This document shows positions 57,487 to 64,000 of a DNA stretch of 64,000 nt, one piece after another; within the stretch, counting starts at the first letter, position 1; every line of letters starts with the position of its first letter. Both the position numbers and the translations under genes were made by a program. The notes beneath the pieces were generated by a model. It was given only the letters and a program-made list of their open reading frames with translations, ran no database searches and was not told the DNA's origin. Source of the DNA: an uncultured Candidatus Saccharibacteria bacterium (GTDB lineage Bacteria > Patescibacteriota > Minisyncoccia > Phycocordibacterales > UBA9973); assembly GCA_964502615.1 (NCBI GenBank), contig CAZCXF010000003.1:8962-72961 (forward strand). Direction: 5' to 3'.

Positions 57487-58608
57487 TTATTGATTCTCTA
57501 AGAAGTTAAAAACTTTTTCGTTTTCAAGCATATTCTCGATGTATGCGCGAGCGCGAACTGGATCAGCATCTTTATACATTGTCATAATGTTTCCAACTTC
57601 TTTTTCTATTTCTTCTTCAGTTGGTTTTAGGTTTTCTTTATCTGCAATTGTGCGGATTATCATTTGAAGTTTCGCACGCTTCTCTGCATCTCCTCTCCAC
57701 TCTTTTCTTAAGTCATCTTCAGTCTTTTTTATTTGAACTAAATAATCTGCAAAGTTTAATCCTGCGTTCGTAACATCTGCTTCTAATCGATAAAGTATTT
57801 TCTGTATTTCACTTTCGATCAATATCTCAGGTATTTCTCCAGAGGTTTCTGAAATTAATTTCTCAACAATTACCATACGAAGTTTGTCTTTCTCAAGAGT
57901 TTCTTTTTCGATCTTCATATTTTCACGAATTTTATTTTTCAGAGCCTCTGCATTTTCAAAATCACCGAAAGATTTTGCGAAAGCATCATCAAATGCTGGG
58001 TACTCACTCTCGGGTATTTCATGAGCCTTAGCATGTTCTTCTTCTGTCATATTTTCGTGACCTTCATGACTTCCTCCGCGTGCTTGCTCTGCTCGCATTT
58101 TACGAAGATCAAGAATAGTTTTTTCTACATCAGCCTCTCCAACACTAACTTCTGCGATTGGGTTTTTCTTTTTCTCGTCACTTGCAAGTTTTTTATAATC
58201 TGGAAGCTTCATTTCTGGTAATACTGCAGTTAGGATTTTGAATTCTAGATCTGAACCGCGAGCAATCTTTGTAATAGCAATCTGTGGGCGACCAATAGCT
58301 TCGATTTTATTTTCTTCTATTATTTTTATATACACATCTTTGATTGCAAGTTCTGCCATCTCTTCTAATATCATCATGTCTGTGACGTTTTCTTTTACTA
58401 CAGATGCAGGAGCTTTGCCTTTACGGAATCCTGGAAGTTCAATACGCTCGCTTATAATAGAGAGAGCTTTTTCTTCGTATTTTTCAAAATCTGCTACAGG
58501 TAGTGACCCTATTATTTCTAATTCACTTTTTTCTTTTTTATTGATTGTTGTTTTCATAAGTTTATCTAGTTTATATGTACGTAAGTTATTTGTCAAAAAA
58601 TCCACCAA
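57487..58608 (-). CDS. tig: trigger factor
   Basis: Ribosome-binding N-domain and PPIase-like middle domain; true start probably MKTTINKK (~58557). Confidence 0.75.
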   Translation of the reverse strand: MVDFLTNNLRTYKLDKLMKTTINKKEKSELEIIGSLPVADFEKYEEKALSIISERIELPGFRKGKAPASVVKENVTDMMILEEMAELAIKDVYIKIIEENKIEAIGRPQIAITKIARGSDLEFKILTAVLPEMKLPDYKKLASDEKKKNPIAEVSVGEADVEKTILDLRKMRAEQARGGSHEGHENMTEEEHAKAHEIPESEYPAFDDAFAKSFGDFENAEALKNKIRENMKIEKETLEKDKLRMVIVEKLISETSGEIPEILIESEIQKILYRLEADVTNAGLNFADYLVQIKKTEDDLRKEWRGDAEKRAKLQMIIRTIADKENLKPTEEEIEKEVGNIMTMYKDADPVRARAYIENMLENEKVFNFLENQ

Positions 58609-58626
58609 TTGGTGGATTTTTTGACA
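58595..58626. terminator. bidirectional terminator (perfect palindrome) between ppa and tig
   Basis: A6-tccacc-aatt-ggtgga-T6. Confidence 0.65.
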
Positions 58627-58632
58627 GAGTAA

Positions 58633-59220
58633 TTAATTTTCTAGTTTAGGAGCGTAATCTTTGTTGTATCTTTCTTTACATTCATTGATTATCTTTACTG
58701 CTTCGTCTGCGCCAAAGAATTCTTTTACTTCTCCTGTGCCTGGCTTCTTTAATTCTTTATATTTTTCCCAGAAATATTTTGTTTCAGTTTTAAAATAATC
58801 TCCCAGATCTTCAATAGAATTTATATGATCGTTTTTCTTGTCATCATTTACTACTCCGATTATTTTATCATCTACTTCTCCACTATCTATAAATTTCATT
58901 ACACCAATAACTCTTATCTCAACAAGAGATCCAGGGACAAATTCTTCTGTTACGTTTACAACAACAATATCAAGAGGGTCATTGTCTTCATCCCATGTCA
59001 TTGGAATTGCTCCGTATGAAAATGGGTATACAAGTGGTGAGTATCCTACGCGATCAAGTTTAAGTTGGCCACTCTCTGTTATTAGTTCATATTTATTTCT
59101 TGAGCCCTTGTTGTTTTCTATAATAGTATTAACTATTTTTTTATCTTCATTTGCAAATGGTGGTAGCACATGAAGCAGATTTAACATGTATCTTGATGGT
59201 TTATGATTTATATTTGCCAT
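58633..59220 (-). CDS. ppa: family I inorganic pyrophosphatase
   Basis: PLDIVVV and Asp-rich metal-binding motifs. Confidence 0.8.
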   Translation of the reverse strand: MANINHKPSRYMLNLLHVLPPFANEDKKIVNTIIENNKGSRNKYELITESGQLKLDRVGYSPLVYPFSYGAIPMTWDEDNDPLDIVVVNVTEEFVPGSLVEIRVIGVMKFIDSGEVDDKIIGVVNDDKKNDHINSIEDLGDYFKTETKYFWEKYKELKKPGTGEVKEFFGADEAVKIINECKERYNKDYAPKLEN

Positions 59221-59338
59221 ATTTTTTATATTTCTCCATAAAGTTTATTAATAAAAAAGTCCTCTGATCTCCTGTCCATGCTTGCGCATTGGCAGGCCAG
59301 ACATTTTTTCTTAAAAAACTTTATTCCGGTTAATAATA

Positions 59339-60535
59339 TTACGCAGTTGTGCCATCATCTACTAGACCTTCGTCGAGTGTGATCTCACCTGCATCTTCAC
59401 TTATTATATCATCTTCACTAGATACTACCTCGCCAGTTACACCTTTAATATCTATTCTCCAACCAGTTAGTTTTGCTGCAAGGCGAACATTCTGTCCTCC
59501 TTTACCAATTGCAAGAGAGAGTTGATCAGCCGTAACTTCTACTACTGCTTTGTGTTCTCCTTCATTTACTTCTATATCAAGAACACGAGCAGGAGAAAGT
59601 GCGCTTGCAATATATTCGCTAGGATTTGCTGACCAAGGAATAATATCGATTTTTTCTCCACCGAGTTCGCTCATGACAGTTGTGACACGAACACCTTTCT
59701 GACCAACGCAAGATCCAACTGGATCAACGTGTTCATCGTTTGAATAAACTGCAATTTTAGAACGACTACCTGCTTCACGAGCGATAGCTTTTATCTCTAC
59801 TATACCTCCTGCAATTTCTGGAGCTTCAGATGCAAATAATCCTTCGATAAGCTGAGGATGAGTGCGAGAAAGTTTTAGATTTACACCACGAGGAGTTTCT
59901 TCGACAGAATAAAGATATGCACGAATTCTCTCACCACGTTTGTAAAATTCTCCAGGGATTTGTTCTTCTGGAAGAATTATTCCAGTTGCGCGATTGAAAT
60001 CTACATAAACTATTCCACGTTCAACTTTTTGAACAAAGCCGTTTACTATTTCACCTTCTTTACTTCCGTATTCATCGATAATAGCGCCACGTTCTGCTTC
60101 ACGGATTTTTTGTATGATAACTTGTTTAGCTGTTTGTGCTGCGATACGACCGTAGTCATCTTTTGTTTCAAGAGGGAAAATTATTTCTTCTTCGAGTTTT
60201 GCATCACTTTTTATTTTTTTTGCATCAGCAAGTAGTATGTGATGTTCTTCGTTGAAGCGAACACGATTGTCATCTTCGGAAATTTCTTCTTCAGCATCTT
60301 CATCTGTTGTCATGCGGACGATTGAATCATCGACAACAATCTTTACTTGGTAGAATTCCATCTTTCCAGTTTCAATATCTATTGTTGCCCGAACTATTTG
60401 GCCCTTTTTCCCGTAATCTTTTTTGTAGGCAGCAGCAAGAGCCTGCTCGATAGCATCGATTATCTTTTCGCGAGGTATTTTGCGCTCCTGTTCGAGTTGC
60501 TCAAGCGCGGATTTCATTGTTTTGAGGTCTAACAT
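59339..60535 (-). CDS. nusA: transcription termination/antitermination factor NusA
   Basis: N-terminal NusA domain, S1 and two KH domains; 398 aa. Confidence 0.85.
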   Translation of the reverse strand: MLDLKTMKSALEQLEQERKIPREKIIDAIEQALAAAYKKDYGKKGQIVRATIDIETGKMEFYQVKIVVDDSIVRMTTDEDAEEEISEDDNRVRFNEEHHILLADAKKIKSDAKLEEEIIFPLETKDDYGRIAAQTAKQVIIQKIREAERGAIIDEYGSKEGEIVNGFVQKVERGIVYVDFNRATGIILPEEQIPGEFYKRGERIRAYLYSVEETPRGVNLKLSRTHPQLIEGLFASEAPEIAGGIVEIKAIAREAGSRSKIAVYSNDEHVDPVGSCVGQKGVRVTTVMSELGGEKIDIIPWSANPSEYIASALSPARVLDIEVNEGEHKAVVEVTADQLSLAIGKGGQNVRLAAKLTGWRIDIKGVTGEVVSSEDDIISEDAGEITLDEGLVDDGTTA

Positions 60536-60826
60536 ATTTAGTTGTTATTAAATTTTTAATTAAAAAAGTCCGGTTCGAAAACGGACTTGCTAATCGCATC
60601 GTACTATAAAAGGACGACCTCGTCAAATTGGGGATAATTTGTGGATAAATACCCTTGTAGAAATTGACAAAACTCCAAAAAGCCCTTATACTTGACACAG
60701 AGGTGAGTATTGTGTTTTAAACACAATTTGTACGTTGAAAAATGTTTTTGTAGGTGGGTAATACAGTTTTAGTCTTATAAATCAAGGCTTGATCTGTATT
60801 ACTCATCTTCTTAAAAAACAAACATC

Positions 60827-61552
60827 ATGAAAAAGAAACAGTTAATCAGAACCCCATGGATAGGGGCAATTATCCTTATTTCAGTTGCAGCTCTGGTTAG
60901 CTGCAGTAAATCTGACGTAATTCAGCCGAAACAACCCGTAAAAACAGACACCATTCCCGTGGTAAAGTATGCCGCATCTTTCACAAGCAATCCGGTATTG
61001 AACCCGGATACGCTTTATGCAAGGACTGCCGGTGTAATGTCGTGGGTTTCAGCTCACGCAACTAGTACCTCGATTAACATAGGTACTCTTGCCGAAAGCA
61101 AAAATTCCGCTACAATTCCACCACAGGAAACATCAACCAGCGCCACAATCACCCTTACAGGTGAAGATGGAACAATTACTCCTAAGACAGTTCCTGTTCC
61201 GGTGTATGACACGGTATTCAGTTTCATCTGTAAGAATAGCCCGGTATGGCACACAGATTCCCTTATAAAAACATGGGCTGGTGGACATACAGTCCTTCCC
61301 CCGGATCCTCTGCCAAACTGGATATACTACAGAGACCGTACTGCAAGAGCTTTAAGAGCTGATGGTACATTGTCAAATCCAGGTACATGGTATCACCTTA
61401 ATGATGGTGCCCAATACGGAGATGGCCAGTGGATATGGAACAACGTTTTTATCGGACTGAAAGAGGTTACCCCAAATAACTGGAAATACCAGTGGATAAG
61501 GGTGCATGTGGAGGGTATCTATACCTACACCGCATACGCTACTCATCAGTAG
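60827..61552 (+). CDS. lipoprotein of unknown function, compositionally foreign (elevated GC)
   Basis: Signal peptide with lipobox LVSC; higher GC than flanks; own terminator. Confidence 0.4.
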   Translation: MKKKQLIRTPWIGAIILISVAALVSCSKSDVIQPKQPVKTDTIPVVKYAASFTSNPVLNPDTLYARTAGVMSWVSAHATSTSINIGTLAESKNSATIPPQETSTSATITLTGEDGTITPKTVPVPVYDTVFSFICKNSPVWHTDSLIKTWAGGHTVLPPDPLPNWIYYRDRTARALRADGTLSNPGTWYHLNDGAQYGDGQWIWNNVFIGLKEVTPNNWKYQWIRVHVEGIYTYTAYATHQ

Positions 61553-61595
61553 CCCCTCAAGTTTTCTTTCATTTTTTCATGGCTATACTTTAAGC

Positions 61596-61630
61596 CGGAT
61601 TCCTTTTTGGGAATCCGGTCTTTTTATTTT
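61596..61630 (+). terminator. rho-independent terminator
   Basis: ccggattcc-tttttg-ggaatccgg hairpin followed by T5. Confidence 0.7.
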
Positions 61631-61710
61631 GTGGATAATATTGCTATTATTTAACATACAAGAGTGGTACAATTGAAACATATAATTTAGCCACCGTTAA
61701 TTTTATTAGT

Positions 61711-63006
61711 ATGAATATATTTAAATTTTCGCTTAGTAGTTTTTTTGTTTTATTATCTCTCTTTTCATTTCAACTAGCAGGAGCTGCTACTGCACCTGTA
61801 GTAACTAAAAATAACTCAGCAGATAACCTAGGTGTTATTGTTGCAAATGTAAACATTAAAAATGCAAAAATTGTTTTCCAAGATGGTAAGAATTTTAAAA
61901 TATCATTTACTATATCAAACGGTGAAGGACTACAAACAGGAGTTAAATACGGCTTAAAACTTTTCTCAGATGACAAGAGCCAATCTCTAGTTGATGAAAA
62001 GATATATGATGACTCACTAACTCTAGGTGAGAATAGTTCTGTATCAAAAGAGATAACTTACACACCACCTTCTATTTTAGATGGCAGTTACACAATCCTC
62101 CTAGAAAGTAAAAATCAAAGTAATTTCCCTTTTAGTTCTTTCATTGTTGGTAAAATAAAACTAACAGCTTCTGTGAAATGGTTAGAAATTATTCCTGAAT
62201 CATGCTACACACAAATACAAGAAGATAAGACAAATAAACACCACCTCATAACAGAAATTGTTGAAATCAATGAGACTGATTCTCTATCTTTAAATTGTAC
62301 TGTTATAAACAATTCTACTAATACAGTTACAGCAACACCTATTTTTAATACTAGGTACTCTGGATCTTATGGTGAATACGCTCCACAATCTGGTGGAAGT
62401 GAAGATGCCATTACATTTGCAAAAGGAGAAAAGAAAAATATATCAATGTTGCTTCCAAGAGGTGATATTCCAAAGCCTTACAACGTAAAAGTAAATCTAA
62501 TGGATGGAGAAAACTATTCAAACACTATTTCAGTTGGCTACATAATAAAAGGAATGAGTGCAACTATTCAAAAAGTTTCACTAGATAAAGATTTTTATAA
62601 AGCAGGAGAAAATGCAGAAGTTTCATTCGTTTGGTTTGGTGCAGGTTTTTATGAAAAAACACCAAAAGTTACAGTAAATGCTTCACTTACAAATAGTAGA
62701 GGTTGGCAGTGTGCAAGTTCTGTGACACAAGACGTAGTTAAAGAAAAAAATGAACCAGTAAATAAAATATCAATACCCATAAAAAATACTTGTGATGATC
62801 CACATATTAAAATTTCAATAAGTGATGCTGGTGGTACTGTACTAGACCAGAAAGAATTTACATTTAAAACTAATAAAGCCAAGAATAAAACTACAAGCAT
62901 TGTTAACAACAAATATGTGATAGGTTCGATAATAGTATTTGTTTTGATAGCAATATTTGGTCTTTATATGAATAGGAAAAAGAAAATTAATAGTGTTAAA
63001 ATGTAA
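61711..63006 (+). CDS. surface protein with signal peptide and C-terminal TM anchor plus basic tail
   Basis: N-terminal signal; C-terminal IGSIIVFVLIAIFGLYM NRKKK membrane anchor. Confidence 0.35.
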   Translation: MNIFKFSLSSFFVLLSLFSFQLAGAATAPVVTKNNSADNLGVIVANVNIKNAKIVFQDGKNFKISFTISNGEGLQTGVKYGLKLFSDDKSQSLVDEKIYDDSLTLGENSSVSKEITYTPPSILDGSYTILLESKNQSNFPFSSFIVGKIKLTASVKWLEIIPESCYTQIQEDKTNKHHLITEIVEINETDSLSLNCTVINNSTNTVTATPIFNTRYSGSYGEYAPQSGGSEDAITFAKGEKKNISMLLPRGDIPKPYNVKVNLMDGENYSNTISVGYIIKGMSATIQKVSLDKDFYKAGENAEVSFVWFGAGFYEKTPKVTVNASLTNSRGWQCASSVTQDVVKEKNEPVNKISIPIKNTCDDPHIKISISDAGGTVLDQKEFTFKTNKAKNKTTSIVNNKYVIGSIIVFVLIAIFGLYMNRKKKINSVKM

Positions 63007-63018
63007 TCTATAAAAATT

Positions 63019-64000
63019 ATGAAAAACATTCTTAAAAATACAAAATATATAGGTTTCGCAATAGTATTGTTAATAACACTATTTAGTTACTCTAAAGCTT
63101 CAGCTACATCTTATGTTACTAACTGCGTATTTGGTGGAAATATAGCGACAGAGGCAACTCTCAACCCTGGTGGACCTTTCTCTACTAGCACAACTCCATT
63201 TGATGCTCAAGGTAGACTTGAGACAAATGGTTGCTTAACAAATCACGTATCTTTAGTTGTTGAGCACAATGGAACACCAGTAACATTAATACCGGCAACA
63301 ACAGTTCTGCCTGCAAATAGTGGACCATATCCGACAGGACTTCCTGCTTTTACAACATTCTCATCACAAACTACTCCTGCAACATATCCAGTTACATTTA
63401 CAACAGGCTTTGATGAAGTAGATGATTTGCCTACTCCTTGTGTCATAACACTAACATTCTCAGGAACGTTTAGATGGGGTAAGATTCTTTACTCAGGCCC
63501 TGCATCTCACCCACAAATAGATGTATATGTACAACTCACAGGAACTGGTGCCAACCCAACACCTCTTGCTCCTAGAATACGCCACTTTATAGTCCCAGCA
63601 AATACTACTAACGACAGTCGCTATGAAAATATAAATGGTTTCAATTGTAATCAACAATATAATGGCTGTGAGATAGAAAACCCATGGGGATTCTGGGCAG
63701 GACATATATCTTCTAACTCACCAATAACTACATATGGTGGAGGATCTATATGTGGGGCAACAGGAAATACTACATATGGTGGAGGATTTGCACACTGCTT
63801 CATTGCTGATACAAAAGTTGCTATGGCAGACGGAACAGAGAAAAATATCCAAGATGTAAAACTAGGAGATGTTTTGAAAGGTGAACTTGGTAACAATAAA
63901 GTTATTGGATTCCACAGACCAGAATTGGGTAATGAAAAACTATATTCATTCAATGGAGGCAGACACTTTGTTACTGCAGAGCACCCATTCTATACAACAG
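63019..64000 (+). CDS. secreted protein with Hint (intein/hedgehog-like, bacterial intein-like) domain; truncated by window end
   Basis: ATG at 63019 with signal peptide; open frame to window end (translated by hand, no stops). From nt ~63796: CFIADTKVAMADGTEKNIQDVKLGDVL...TAEHPF matches the N-terminal splicing block of Hint domains. Not in the ORF track because the ORF runs off the window. Confidence 0.55.
   Translation, partial: MKNILKNTKYIGFAIVLLITLFSYSKASATSYVTNCVFGGNIATEATLNPGGPFSTSTTPFDAQGRLETNGCLTNHVSLVVEHNGTPVTLIPATTVLPANSGPYPTGLPAFTTFSSQTTPATYPVTFTTGFDEVDDLPTPCVITLTFSGTFRWGKILYSGPASHPQIDVYVQLTGTGANPTPLAPRIRHFIVPANTTNDSRYENINGFNCNQQYNGCEIENPWGFWAGHISSNSPITTYGGGSICGATGNTTYGGGFAHCFIADTKVAMADGTEKNIQDVKLGDVLKGELGNNKVIGFHRPELGNEKLYSFNGGRHFVTAEHPFYTT

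Noticed and set aside
1-64000. Searched for CRISPR-like arrays (regularly spaced short direct repeats), IS elements/transposases and integrases flanking the T4SS cluster
   Set aside because: No periodic repeat-spacer structure, no transposase-like ORF, and the only tyrosine recombinase (42418-43365) looks like chromosomal XerC/D far from the T4SS operon.

Overview
Low-GC (about one-third G+C), gene-dense bacterial window using the standard genetic code. A conserved housekeeping backbone is present: yidD-yidC-jag, rsmA, pcrA, comM, dksA-like, pnp, rpsO, xerC/D, xth, cca, four tRNAs, hup, rny, clpP, tig, ppa and nusA. A roughly 16 kb minus-strand operon (1564-17578) lies between yidC-jag and rsmA-pcrA and encodes a Gram-positive/CPR-style type IV secretion (conjugation-like) apparatus. 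It contains a VirB4 ATPase that appears split into two ORFs, a PrgI/VirB3-like protein, a large polytopic VirB6-like protein, and several bitopic or secreted proteins. It also contains two paralogous proteins in which a VirB2/TrbC-like two-helix membrane module is fused to different peptidoglycan hydrolase domains (M15 peptidase and lytic transglycosylase). These two paralogs share a near-identical ~300 bp DNA stretch. Downstream is a second block (20487-35507) of large proteins of unknown function plus a cell-wall hydrolase arsenal: an Amidase_2 domain protein, a GH25 muramidase, a LysM-M23 peptidase, and a delta-60-repeat protein with a peptidoglycan-binding domain. Several small secreted or lipoprotein genes with clearly elevated GC and their own terminators look like recent horizontal acquisitions. 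The window ends inside a secreted protein carrying a Hint (intein-like) autoprocessing domain. The gene content and reduced-genome look are compatible with a Patescibacteria/CPR-like or other small-genome Gram-positive-type organism; this is inference only. No CRISPR array or transposase was seen.
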